Made by a program: the position numbers and the translations under genes. This document shows, piece by piece, positions 52,997-64,000 of a DNA stretch of 64,000 bases (positions within the stretch are counted from its first letter, which is position 1; every line of letters starts with the position of its first letter). Under the pieces are notes generated by a model. It was not told the DNA's origin, did no database searches, and saw nothing but the letters and a program-made list of their open reading frames with translations. The DNA is from Polyangiales bacterium (lineage in GTDB: Bacteria; Myxococcota_A; Polyangia; Polyangiales; JADJQN01): contig CAXNJO010000003.1 in assembly GCA_964202905.1 (NCBI GenBank), positions 128,001 through 192,000 on the forward strand, written 5' to 3'.

Positions 52997-53782
52997 TCAG
53001 CCGGCCAGCAGACGCATGCCGAAGACGAACACGTCGTAGAGCGCGTGCGCGTACACGGCGATCGCGAACCCGCGCCCCCGGTAGAGCGCCGCGAGCGCGA
53101 GCCCGAAGAGCGCCCGAAACGTGAAACTCGGCAGCGCGAACGGGTCACCGAAGGGGCCCACGTAGTGCGCCGCCGAGAAGATCGTCGCGCTCACGAGGGC
53201 GGCGACGACGACGGCCTTCACGCGGCCGACCTTCCCGACGCGCTCGAGCGCCCACGCGCCCCCGGCGAAGAGCCCGACGCGGAAGACCAACTCTTCGTGA
53301 AACCCCGCGCCCGCGGAGAGGACGAGCGCTCCGACCGGGCCGATCGGCGGCGGCCCCGCCTGGAGCGGCGCGAGGCAGGACGCGAACACGCGCGCGGTCA
53401 CCCAGCCGACCGTGACCGCGAGCACGCCCGCCCACAGCGCGCTCTCGACGAGCACCGGCAGGAGCGCGCGCGGGTGCACCGCGCCGCGGCTGCGCAGCCC
53501 GAGGCCCGCGAGCACGATGCCCCCGGCGATCGCGGCCGTGAGCCCCAGATACAGCGGCAGGCTCGCCTGCGCGAGCGCGAGCAGCGGCCCCGAGACGAAG
53601 TCGACGCCGTTTCGGACGTCCGTGAGCAGCAGCCCGACGTGGTAGACGACGAAGACGGGCGTCGTCAGCGCGAGGCTGGTCAGCGGGTCGTGCCGCTGCG
53701 CCAGATACCCGAAAACACCGCCCTTTCGCCCGCGGCCCGCCGGCTTGCCCGCCTGCGCGAGCCGCCCTTCACACGCGCTCAT
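52997..53782 (-). CDS. CPBP (Abi/CAAX-type) intramembrane glutamic endopeptidase
   Basis: HEELVFR, FSAAHY, AVYAHALYD. Confidence 0.9.
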   Translation of the reverse strand: MSACEGRLAQAGKPAGRGRKGGVFGYLAQRHDPLTSLALTTPVFVVYHVGLLLTDVRNGVDFVSGPLLALAQASLPLYLGLTAAIAGGIVLAGLGLRSRGAVHPRALLPVLVESALWAGVLAVTVGWVTARVFASCLAPLQAGPPPIGPVGALVLSAGAGFHEELVFRVGLFAGGAWALERVGKVGRVKAVVVAALVSATIFSAAHYVGPFGDPFALPSFTFRALFGLALAALYRGRGFAIAVYAHALYDVFVFGMRLLAG

Positions 53783-53813
53783 CGGGCGCAGCGTCGCACG
53801 CCGACCGCTCCGC

Positions 53814-54320
53814 TCAAGCGAGCCGGACGAGCAGCGCCGCGCCCTCGACCGCGTCGCCCGCCTTGACGTGGATGCTCTCGACCCGGCCTGCGACGAGCGC
53901 GCGCAGCTCGTTCTCCATCTTCATCGCCTCGACGACGACGACCGCCTGCTGCGCGACGACCTCGTCGCCCGCCGCGACGAGCACCTTCACGACGCGGCCC
54001 GGCATCGGCGAGCGCACCTCGCGGGAGCCGGCACCGGCGCCCGCCTGCCCGCGCTTCGACGCCGCCGCGCGCGCGCGCTCGCTCTGCACGGCGACCACCG
54101 CGCGCTGCGTGCCGGCGACGACCGACAGCGCCTCGGGCGCGCCGCCGATGGCCACGTCGAAGACGCGGTCGCCCCGCCGCAGGCTCACGCCGCCCGGCAC
54201 CGGCACGGCGTCGAGCGCCTGCGCGACGCCGTCGAGCGACACGGCCGCGATGCGCCCATCGGGCGCGATCTGCACGTCGACTTCGCGCTCTCGGCCGCCC
54301 AGCGTGACCCAGTACTTCAT
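53814..54320 (-). CDS. Biotin carboxyl carrier protein
   Basis: SPMPGRVVKV...VEAMKMENEL. Confidence 0.93.
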   Translation of the reverse strand: MKYWVTLGGREREVDVQIAPDGRIAAVSLDGVAQALDAVPVPGGVSLRRGDRVFDVAIGGAPEALSVVAGTQRAVVAVQSERARAAASKRGQAGAGAGSREVRSPMPGRVVKVLVAAGDEVVAQQAVVVVEAMKMENELRALVAGRVESIHVKAGDAVEGAALLVRLA

Positions 54321-54415
54321 GCCCCCGCGCTTCTACCGAATCCCGTCCGCGGGCGCAATCGCGCGCGCCGCGGAGATTGCGGCGCGAGCGCCCGCCCGAC
54401 TATCGTCGCGCCCCC

Positions 54416-56371
54416 ATGCCCCCCACACGCCCCACCACGCCGCGCCTCGCGCGCGCCCTCCCCGCCCTCGCCCTGCTCGCCGCCTGCGGCCCCTCCGCGG
54501 CGCGCGGCACGCTGCCCACGGGCGCCCCCGAGCTCACGCGGCTCCGCTTCAACCAGCTCGCGATGCAGCTCGATCTCCCCTATTTCTGGGAGCGCGACAC
54601 AAACGGCGACGGCGCCCCCGACGCGGCCGAGCTGCGCGCGCTGCGCTTCCATCCGCGCACCACGGTCGACGCCGCGGGCGCGATCGCGCAGGTCCGCGAG
54701 GCGCTGCGTCGCCCGCCCGCCGCGACCGAGCGCGAGCGCCTCGTGCGCGAGGAGCTCGACCGCGCCGCCCCGACGCTCGTGTGGAACGATCTCTCCGCGC
54801 TGCCGCCCGCGCACCGCGACTTCGCGGCGCAGATGCTCACGGTCAGCGAGCACCTCGATCGCCTGTATTTCCGGCAGACCGGCGCCGAGGCCATGGCCGC
54901 GCGCGTCGCCGACGACACCGCGAGCCGCGCGCTGTTCCGCCGCAACTGGGGCCCGCGCTGCAAGGGCAGCGTCACCGAGTCGCAGGCCGCTTGCTCGGCC
55001 GTCGAGGGCGCGCCGCGGCAGCCCGTGGACGTCTACCCCGCGCGCCTGCAAGAGGACGAGAACTTCTGCGCGACGCTCGAGGCGCGCCCCGACGCCGCCG
55101 CGCTGCTCTCGCCCTTCACCGTCGTGCGCGAGGAACAGGGCAACCTCGTTGCGGTGTCGTATCCCGTCGCGTACCGCGAGCTCGTGACGCCGATCGTCAC
55201 CGGGCTGCGCGCCGCCGCCGACGCCATCGCGGCCGACCCCGCGGAGACGGCGCTCATCGCGTACCTGCGCGCCGCGGCGACCGCCTGGGAGACGAACGAC
55301 TGGGTCCCCGCCGACGAGGCGTGGTCGCGGATGAGCGTGCGCAACTCGCGCTGGTACGTGCGCATCGCGCCCGACGAGACGTATTGGGAGCCCTGCGCGC
55401 ACAAGGCGGGGTTCCACCTCACCTTCGCGCTCGTCGATCAGGGCTCGCTCGCCTGGCAGGAGCGCCTCACGCCCGTGCAGCGCGACATGGAGGCGGCGCT
55501 CGCGGCGCTCGCGAGCGACGTCTACCGCCCGCGCGACGTGTCCTTCCACATGCCGGACTTCATCGACATCGTCGTCAACGCGGGCGACGACCGCGACGCG
55601 TTCGGCGCGACGATCGGCCAGAGCCTCCCGAACTGGGGCCCCGTGGCCGACGAGGGCCGCGGCCGCACCGTCGCGATGACCAACCTCTACACCGACGAAG
55701 ACAGCATGGAGCGCCGCCGCGCGCAGGCCGCGTCGATGCTCAGCCCCGCGTCGATGCAGGCCTACACCGCGGACGAAGAGGCCGGGCTGCTCTCGACCAT
55801 CCTCCACGAGGCGACCCACAACCTCGGCCCCGCGCACGAGTACCGCGTCAACGGGCAGACCGACGACGAGGCCTTCGGCGGCGGGCTCGCCTCGACGTTC
55901 GAGGAGCTCAAGGCGCAGAGCGGCGCGCTCTATTTCGTCGAGTGGCTGCGCGCGCGCGGCATCCTCAGCGACGCGCAGGCGAAGCGCGTCTACGTCGACT
56001 CGATCGTCTGGACGTTCGGCCACATCTCGCGCGGCATGTACACGCCCTCCCACCAGCGGAAGGCCTACTCGCAGCTCGCCGCGATCCAGGTCGGCTTCCT
56101 GCTCGACGAGGGCGCGCTCAGCTTCGATCCCGACGCGCTCGCCGCCGACGGCACGAGCCGCGGCGCGTTCACGCTGCATTTCGATCGCCTGCCCGCCGCG
56201 TGCGAGCGGCTGATGGCGCGCGTGATGCGCATCAAGGCGACGGGCGATCGCGCCGCGGCCGAGGCGCTCGCCGCGCGGCACGTCGACGGCGACCGCGTTC
56301 CGCACGCGCTCGTCGTCGAGCGCTACAAGCGCTTCCCGCAGGCGACCTTCGTGTACGGCGTCGCGCCCTGA
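54416..56371 (+). CDS. Zn-dependent peptidase lipoprotein (M49/DPP III-like)
   Basis: Lipobox LLAAC; SPFTVVR, YLRAAATAW..NDW..ADEAW, TIGQSLPN, ILHEATHNLGP, FEELKA. Confidence 0.82.
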   Translation: MPPTRPTTPRLARALPALALLAACGPSAARGTLPTGAPELTRLRFNQLAMQLDLPYFWERDTNGDGAPDAAELRALRFHPRTTVDAAGAIAQVREALRRPPAATERERLVREELDRAAPTLVWNDLSALPPAHRDFAAQMLTVSEHLDRLYFRQTGAEAMAARVADDTASRALFRRNWGPRCKGSVTESQAACSAVEGAPRQPVDVYPARLQEDENFCATLEARPDAAALLSPFTVVREEQGNLVAVSYPVAYRELVTPIVTGLRAAADAIAADPAETALIAYLRAAATAWETNDWVPADEAWSRMSVRNSRWYVRIAPDETYWEPCAHKAGFHLTFALVDQGSLAWQERLTPVQRDMEAALAALASDVYRPRDVSFHMPDFIDIVVNAGDDRDAFGATIGQSLPNWGPVADEGRGRTVAMTNLYTDEDSMERRRAQAASMLSPASMQAYTADEEAGLLSTILHEATHNLGPAHEYRVNGQTDDEAFGGGLASTFEELKAQSGALYFVEWLRARGILSDAQAKRVYVDSIVWTFGHISRGMYTPSHQRKAYSQLAAIQVGFLLDEGALSFDPDALAADGTSRGAFTLHFDRLPAACERLMARVMRIKATGDRAAAEALAARHVDGDRVPHALVVERYKRFPQATFVYGVAP

Positions 56372-56479
56372 CCACGCGGGCGACGAGCGTCTTTCACCTC
56401 CGAAAAGACGCCGCGCGTGAACCATCTTCCAGGATGGTGACGACGGCGCGCGCGGCCGCTTCGCGAACGTCCATCCCGC

Positions 56480-57838
<1,359 letters not shown>

Positions 57839-58067
57839 CGCCGGCATCCTATCCCGCTTCGCCGCGCGCAGGCCCGCCGATCGCCCGCCGCGCCCGGCGA
57901 GTGACCCACCGCACGGCGACGGTCGGCACCGACGTTGTCTCCGACATGCAACGAAGTTGGCCCCGCGCGCCCCGGGCCGCGCGCCTCCCACCGCGACGAG
58001 CCGCGCCACGGCCCTGGATCGCGCGGGATTTCATCACCCGGAGGCGGCCGGCGTGGCGCAGAAGCCG

Positions 58068-58083
58068 CGGCACGCAGCGTGCT
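58068..58083 (+). promoter_or_regulatory. Putative sigma54 -24/-12 promoter
   Basis: CGGCACG-CAGC-GTGCT with GG-N10-GC spacing, about 110 bp upstream of the ATG at 58195. Confidence 0.55.
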
Positions 58084-58194
58084 TGAGGCACACCGCGGAA
58101 AGCCGCGAAGGCATTGCGGGCGGGCGGTCCGCTCGTGTACCGTCACGGCTCGAAATCACCCCGTCGGCCCACGGCCGTCGGCCCCGGAGGAACG

Positions 58195-60010
58195 ATGAAG
58201 CGGAATCTCGGTTCGGTCCTGCAGTCCAGGCCGCGCGCGCAGGGCGGTCCCCTCGCGGCGCTGCGTCACGTCGGCCTCGCGAGCACGGTCATCCTCGCGG
58301 CCGGGCTCGCCACGACGGGCTGCCTCGACCGCGAACTGCGGCCCCTCGTCCCCTGCGTCTCGCAGGGCTTCGTCGAGTCGGTCGAGCAGAACGCCGTCGA
58401 CAAGGTCGACCTGCTCTTCATGGTCGACAACTCGGGCTCCATGCTCGAGGAGCAGGCCTCGCTCGGCACCGAGCTGCCCCGCCTCGTCCGCGTCTTGACG
58501 AGCGGCGACCGCACGGGCGACGGACCCGACGCCGGACGACTTCCAGCCCGTCAAGAACCTCCACGTCGGCGTCGTGACCAGCGACATGGGCGTCGGCGGC
58601 TTCAACGTCCCGACCTGCACGCGCGCCGCGATGTTCGGCGACGACGGCCTCCTCCGCACCACCGGCAACACGACGGTGACGGGCTGCATGGCCACCTACC
58701 CGCGCTTCCTCGAGTACATCCCCGGCACCTCCCCGCAAACGCCGGACCAGTTCGGCGCGGACTTCCGCTGCGTCGCAGCCGCAGGCACCACGGGTTGCGG
58801 CTTCGAGCAGCAGCTCGAGGCGACGCTCAAGGCCGTCACGCCCTCGAGTTCGGGCATCACGTTCTTCGCGGGCTCGCAGGGCCACGGCGACATCGAGAAC
58901 GCCGGCTTCATCCGCCCGGACTCGGTGCTCGCGCTCATCCTCGTCACCGACGAAGAGGACTGCTCGGTCCGCTCGGGCTTCGAGGACATCTTCAACCAGA
59001 TGACCCCGACCTACACGGGTGACCTCAACATCCGCTGCTTCCTCTACAAGGAGCCGCAGTACCCGGTGCAGCGCTACATCGACGGCTTCAAGGCGCTCCG
59101 CGCCGGCCGCGAGAGCCTCCTCGTCTTCGGCGCGATCACGGGCGTCCCGCTCGACCTCGTCCGCGAGGGCACGCCGAACTACGACGGCATCCTCGCCGAC
59201 CCGCGCATGGTCGAGGCGGTCGACACCATGTCGGGCACCACGGGCGCGCGCCTCGCGCCGTCCTGCAACGTGCCGGGCCGCGGCGTCGCCTTCCCGCCCC
59301 GCCGCATCGTCGAGGTCGCCAAGGGCTTCCGCGAGAACGGCATCGTCCAGTCGATCTGCCAGGACTCCTACACCGCCGCGCTCGACGCCATCATCGAGAA
59401 GATCGCCGACGCGCTCGGCAACGTCTGCCTGCCGCGCAAGCTGAACCCGGATGACACGGGCCTCGTCGGCTGCGACGTCATCGAGGTCATCCCGCCCCCC
59501 GGCTCCTTCGAGGGCCAGCCCAACAGCTGCGCCGACCTCGCCGGCGTCGAGGCCGAGCCCGTGCGCGTGAACCCGGACGGCTCCACCGAGTGCGCCGTCG
59601 TCCAGCTCGCCACGGCGGGCGGGCTTGCACCGACCTCGGGCGAAGGCTGGTACTACGACGACTTCTCGATGACGACGCAGACTTCGTGCGGCGCGTCGGG
59701 CCAGCGCATCGCCTTCACGACGGGCGCCATCCCGCCGAACGGCGTGCAGGTCAACCTCGAGTGCCTCCAGCGCATCCAGGGCTCGGGCGGCGGCACGGGC
59801 ACGACCATCCAGGTCGGCACGTTCTGCAACCCCGAGAGCAGCGACCCGAACGAGAACCCGTGCGGCACGGTGCCGGGCGGCCTCGCCTGCGAGCCGCTCT
59901 CCCGGAGCTGCCAGGTCGGCTGCGCGTCGGACGCGAACTGCCCGTCCTCGCTCGTCTGCGACCTCTCGTCGGGCACCGGCTTCTGCCGCAACCCGATCTG
60001 CGTCGACTGA
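58195..60010 (+). CDS. Cys-rich VWA-like lipoprotein; frameshift near 58530
   Basis: Lipobox TTGC; MIDAS-like VDLLFMVDNSGSM; GCGFEQQLE; LILVTDEEDCS; Cys-rich tail. Confidence 0.82.
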
Positions 60011-60052
60011 CGGCAGGCCCTGACCGCTGAGCCCTGCGGCTCGGCCCACCCG

Positions 60053-60094
60053 CGAGAGGCGCGGTCCCGGAAGGGACTGCGCCTCTCGGCGTTT
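60053..60094 (+). terminator. Hairpin terminator after the VWA lipoprotein
   Basis: CGAGAGGCGCGGTCCC-ggaa-GGGACTGCGCCTCTCG, then gcgttt. Confidence 0.65.
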
Positions 60095-60280
60095 CAGGAC
60101 GTCGACGCGCGGCACCTCCACGGCGCCCATCCCGCCGCGACGCGCGCCACACACGGGCGGCGCGACGCGCAGGGCGCCGGCGGGCCGCCGACGGCCGCCC
60201 GCCAATCCGCCGTTCTGCGCCCGTAAGTCCACGAGATCATGACGCTCCCGAGCGGCGCAGCGCGTGCTCGAGGACGGCGC

Positions 60281-61894
60281 ATGCTCGCCACCGTCCAGTC
60301 CGGCACGCTCGTCGGCACCGAAGCCCAGCCCGTCGTCGTCGAGGTCCACCTGGGGCGCGGACTCCCGGGCTTCGACGTCGTGGGGCTGCCCGAGGCCGCC
60401 GTGAAGGAGAGCCGCGTGCGCGTGCGCGCGGCCATCGCCAACCAGGGCTTCGAGTTGCCGCCGCGGCACATCCTGCTGAGCCTCGCGCCGGCGGATCTGC
60501 GCAAGAGCGGCGCCTCCTTCGACCTCGCGATCGCCGTCGCCGTGCTCGCGGCCTCGGGCGCGTGCGCGCCGAATCACCTCGACGAGACGCTGCTCGTCGG
60601 CGAGCTCTCGCTCTCCGGGGAGGTGCGCCCCGTGCGCGGCGTGCTCGCGCAGCTCCAGAGCGCCCGCGCGCGCGGGCTGCGGAGCGCCATCGTGCCTGCC
60701 GGGAACGCGGCGGAGGCCGCCCTCGCCGCCGGAGAGGGCGCGCTCGAGGTGCGCTGCGCGCAGCGGCTCGACGAGGTCATCGCGTACCTCGACGGCCGCG
60801 GAGACCTGCCGCCAGCGCGGGCGCTCGCCTTCGACGACACCGATCCAGGGCCGGGCAGCGCAGGTGTCGTCGACTTCGGCGACGTGCGCGGGCAGGAGTC
60901 GGCGCGGCGCGCATGCGAGATCGCCGCGGCCGGCGCGCACCACGTGATCTTCGTCGGGCCTCCTGGCGCGGGCAAGACGATGCTCGCGCGGCGCCTCCCG
61001 ACGCTGCTGCCGGCGGCGACACGCGCGGAGGCGCTCGAGATCGCCGCGATCGCCGGTGTCGCGGGCCTCGCGCTGCCGAGCGCTGCGAGCCTGCGCGCGA
61101 GGCCGTTTCGCGCGCCGCACCACACGGCGAGCGAGGTCGCGCTCATCGGCGGCGGCGACCCGGTGCGCCCCGGCGAGGTCACGCTCGCGCACGGCGGCGT
61201 GCTCTTCCTCGACGAGCTGCCGGAGTTCCGACGCGGCGCGATCGAGGCGCTCCGCACGACCATGGAGCTCGGCGTCGCCGTCGTCGCGCGGGCGCGGCAG
61301 CGCGTGACGATGCCCGCGCAGCCGCTCGTCGTCGCGGCGATGAACCCCTGCCCGTGCGGCTTCGCGGGGGACGCGCGGCGCGTCTGCACGTGCGCGCCCG
61401 ATCGCGCGGCGGCCTACCGCGCGCGCGTCTCGGGCCCGCTGCTCGATCGCTTCGACCTGCACGTGGAGTTGCCGCCGGTCCGCACCACGGCCCTCCGCGG
61501 CGCGGCGCCCGGCGACGCGAGCGCCGTCGTGCGCGCCCGGGTCGAGGCCGCGCGCGCGTTCAGCCGGGAACGCTGCGCAAAGCGCGGCGCAGCGCCCAGC
61601 GATCCCCTCGAAGCCCTCGCGCGGGATGTCGCGGGCGAGGCCCTCCGCCTGCTCGATGACGCGACCGAGCGCCTCGGATTCTCCGCGCGGGCATACGGCA
61701 AGGTGCTGCGCGTCGCACGGACGATCGCCGACCTCGAGGCGAGCGCGCTCGTCGGCGAGGCCCACGTCGCCGAGGCGCTCGTGTACCGCGTGCTCGACCG
61801 CGGCGCGGGGCGCGGGCGCACACCCACGAGTCCCGGGGGCCCGATCGGCCCCCGTGTCGCACCCCCCACCCCCACGAAGGAGACCCGTCCATGA
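60281..61894 (+). CDS. comM: ComM/YifB family Mg-chelatase-like AAA ATPase
   Basis: [71 protein letters not shown]. Confidence 0.93.
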   Translation: MLATVQSGTLVGTEAQPVVVEVHLGRGLPGFDVVGLPEAAVKESRVRVRAAIANQGFELPPRHILLSLAPADLRKSGASFDLAIAVAVLAASGACAPNHLDETLLVGELSLSGEVRPVRGVLAQLQSARARGLRSAIVPAGNAAEAALAAGEGALEVRCAQRLDEVIAYLDGRGDLPPARALAFDDTDPGPGSAGVVDFGDVRGQESARRACEIAAAGAHHVIFVGPPGAGKTMLARRLPTLLPAATRAEALEIAAIAGVAGLALPSAASLRARPFRAPHHTASEVALIGGGDPVRPGEVTLAHGGVLFLDELPEFRRGAIEALRTTMELGVAVVARARQRVTMPAQPLVVAAMNPCPCGFAGDARRVCTCAPDRAAAYRARVSGPLLDRFDLHVELPPVRTTALRGAAPGDASAVVRARVEAARAFSRERCAKRGAAPSDPLEALARDVAGEALRLLDDATERLGFSARAYGKVLRVARTIADLEASALVGEAHVAEALVYRVLDRGAGRGRTPTSPGGPIGPRVAPPTPTKETRP

Positions 61895-62913
61895 GCATGA
61901 AAGACAAGCTGAAGGCCGTGCAGACCGCGATCGCGGCGATCGAGAAGCAGTTCGGCAAGGGCGCGATCATGGCGCTCGGAGAGCGGGAGGCCGAGCAGGT
62001 GCCGGTGTTCGGCTCGGGCTCGCCGTCCCTCGACGCGGCGCTCGGATGCGGCGGCTATCCGCGCGGCCGTGTCGTCGAGATCTACGGCCCCGAGTCGAGC
62101 GGCAAGACGACGCTCACGCTCCACGCGATCGCCGAGTGCCAGCGCGCGGGCGGCATCGCCGCCTTCGTCGACGCCGAGCACGCGCTCGACGTCAGCTACG
62201 CGCAGCGCCTCGGCGTCGACATCGGCAAGCTGCTCGTCAGCCAGCCGGACACGGGCGAGCAGGCGCTCGAGATCGTCGAGACGCTCGTGCGCTCGGGGGC
62301 CGTCGATCTCGTCGTCATCGACTCGGTCGCCGCGCTCGTGCCGCAGGCCGAGATCGACGGCGAGATGGGCGATCAGCACATGGGCCTGCAGGCGCGGCTC
62401 ATGAGCCAGGCGCTCCGCAAGCTCACGGGCATCACGCACCGCACGGGCTGCACGATCGTCTTCATCAACCAGCTCCGCATGAAGATCGGCGTGGTCTTCG
62501 GCTCGCCCGAGACGACGACCGGCGGCAACGCGCTCAAGTACTACGCCTCGGTGCGCCTCGACGTGCGCCGCATCGGGCAGGTGAAGAGCGGCGAGGACGT
62601 CGTCGGCAACCGCACCAAGGTGAAGGTCGTGAAGAACAAGCTCGCGCCGCCCTTCCAGACGGTCGAGTTCGACATCCGCTACGGGCAGGGCATCGACGCG
62701 CTCGGCGATCTGCTCGACCTCGCCGTCGCACGGAAGGTCGTCGAGAAGGCGGGCGCCTACTTCTCGTTCCGCGGCGACAACCTCGGCCAGGGCCGCGAGA
62801 AGACGCGCGCCGCGCTCCTCGAGAATGCGGCACTCCGCGAGGCCCTCGCCGCGGCGGTGCGCGCGACGAAGGCTGAGCCGGGCGCCTTGGTCGCCGACGC
62901 CGAAGCCGCCTGA
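61891..62913 (+). CDS. recA: Recombinase RecA
   Basis: [50 protein letters not shown]. Confidence 0.99.
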   Translation: MSMKDKLKAVQTAIAAIEKQFGKGAIMALGEREAEQVPVFGSGSPSLDAALGCGGYPRGRVVEIYGPESSGKTTLTLHAIAECQRAGGIAAFVDAEHALDVSYAQRLGVDIGKLLVSQPDTGEQALEIVETLVRSGAVDLVVIDSVAALVPQAEIDGEMGDQHMGLQARLMSQALRKLTGITHRTGCTIVFINQLRMKIGVVFGSPETTTGGNALKYYASVRLDVRRIGQVKSGEDVVGNRTKVKVVKNKLAPPFQTVEFDIRYGQGIDALGDLLDLAVARKVVEKAGAYFSFRGDNLGQGREKTRAALLENAALREALAAAVRATKAEPGALVADAEAA

Positions 62914-62919
62914 CGAAGC

Positions 62920-62947
62920 GGCCCCGTCCTCTCGCGGGGGCGGGGCC
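62920..62947. terminator. GC-rich hairpin between convergent genes
   Basis: GGCCCCGTCCTC-tcgc-GGGGGCGGGGCC. Confidence 0.5.
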
Positions 62948-62975
62948 TGCGTCGCCGCCAACTCGTGTGCGCCAC

Positions 62976-63775
62976 TCAGGGCGCCGGAGTGCTCGCGGGG
63001 CCGAGGTTGATCGTGAACTCGACGTCCGGATCCGCGTTGGCGGGCTCCGGATCGAACGACGGTTCGCCCGGGTCCTCGACCCCATCCCGGTCGAGGTCGA
63101 CGAACGCGTGGACCGAGTGGAGCGTGTCCGACTGCGCGATGTCGGTGATGACCATCTCCCGACGGTTCGTCGCGAGGACCGGAATCGAATCGAGGCGGTA
63201 GAAGCCCACTTCGTCGCCACTCTGATTGCGCACGCGGTAGATGAACGCGTTGCGCCCGACATCGCCGAGTGTACCGAAGGTCACGATCACGTTGCCGCGC
63301 TCCGGGTCGTCGAGCGGCTGGATGTCCGCATCGAAGGGCCCCATGTGCGTGAACTCGAAGCAGCCGCCCTCGGGCACCTCTTCGACCCACGCATGGTCGC
63401 GTGCCGAGGTCGAAGCCGGGGGCCGTGCCGCTGCATGTCCGCCCAGAAGCGCGTCTCGTAGTCGCCAGGGGCGAGCGCGTCGTCGAGGAAGCCCTCCAGC
63501 GTCGTCGGGCGTCCATCGGGAATCGGGTCGTAAACGATGCCAGCGGCAACGCGTCCCGTCATGGCCTCGACGACTTTCATCTCGAAGCGCCGCCCCTGGT
63601 GCGGATCGAACGTGCTCAAGCGCCAGCGGAAGTCGCGCGTCATCGTGGCGTTGGCTTCGCAGGTCGGCGGCTCGACCTCGAAGCGGTCGAGGTTCGCGAC
63701 GGCGAAGCAACCCGGCGCCCCCAACGACGCGAGCAGCCCCGCGGCGAGTGCGCACAACCCGTGTGTTCCCCTCAT
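62976..63775 (-). CDS. Hypothetical lipoprotein with two similar beta-rich halves; frameshift near 63420
   Basis: MRGTHG...SLGAPGC lipobox; RFWADM and [10 protein letters not shown] motifs. Confidence 0.6.
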
Positions 63776-64000
63776 CAGAACCTCCCCGTGAACGAGGCCA
63801 TGCATCCCGTCGGTCCACACGACGCCGAGGCGCTCGCGGCGGGCTCGTCCGCATCGGGCGCCCCGATCTGCAGGAGCACCAGCGAGAGCCCCGCAGCCGC
63901 GAGCACCGAGCCTCCGATCAGGAGGATGTCTGCGGTGGTGACGAGCGTCTGGGCCGCGTCGTAGGTGTCCCGCGCCGACGACGGGCAGCGGTTGCCGTTG
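63775..64000 (-). CDS. 3' end of a TPR/PEGA-type exported protein (partial)
   Basis: Manual translation ...CPSSARDTYDAAQTLVTTADILLIGGSVLAAAGLSLVLL...CGPTGCMASFTGRF*; TGATG overlap with the next gene. Confidence 0.65.
   Translation of the reverse strand, partial: NGNRCPSSARDTYDAAQTLVTTADILLIGGSVLAAAGLSLVLLQIGAPDADEPAASASASCGPTGCMASFTGRF

Noticed and set aside
60011..60280. LexA box upstream of comM-recA
   Set aside because: No convincing match to the myxobacterial or other LexA motifs by eye.

Overview
Very GC-rich DNA with a gene repertoire typical of a myxobacterium (likely Polyangiales/Sandaracinaceae-like, inferred from Cys-rich lipoproteins, a kinase-PEGA operon and an AgmX/GltJ-like gene). 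Many genes have single-base frameshifts, which fits an incompletely polished assembly. Housekeeping genes: rpmG, hutF, a RluA-family synthase, fhs, pssA, hpt, pcp, comM and recA. The most unusual part is 5.2-21.8 kb. It holds three paralogous minus-strand Cys-rich surface lipoproteins that share a repeat stalk and a conserved 'GQSC..G.CAVRCGDG...ETCDDGN...DGC' junction. Each ends in an unrelated binding domain: fibrinogen-like, FG-GAP propeller or F5/8-discoidin/F-lectin. Two stalks share about 380 bp of near-identical DNA, and one gene has a G10 tract in its signal peptide. An AAA-ATPase/PD-(D/E)XK gene sits among them, and its 5' end (149 bp) and 3' end (75 bp) recur as brackets around a ~10 kb cargo, with a 9-bp direct repeat at the outer edges. 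Also notable: an isolated fliQ-fliR export-gate pair, a translationally coupled comM-recA operon and an 11-bp phased direct-repeat site upstream of hpt. No rRNA, tRNA, CRISPR array, integrase or transposase was recognised.
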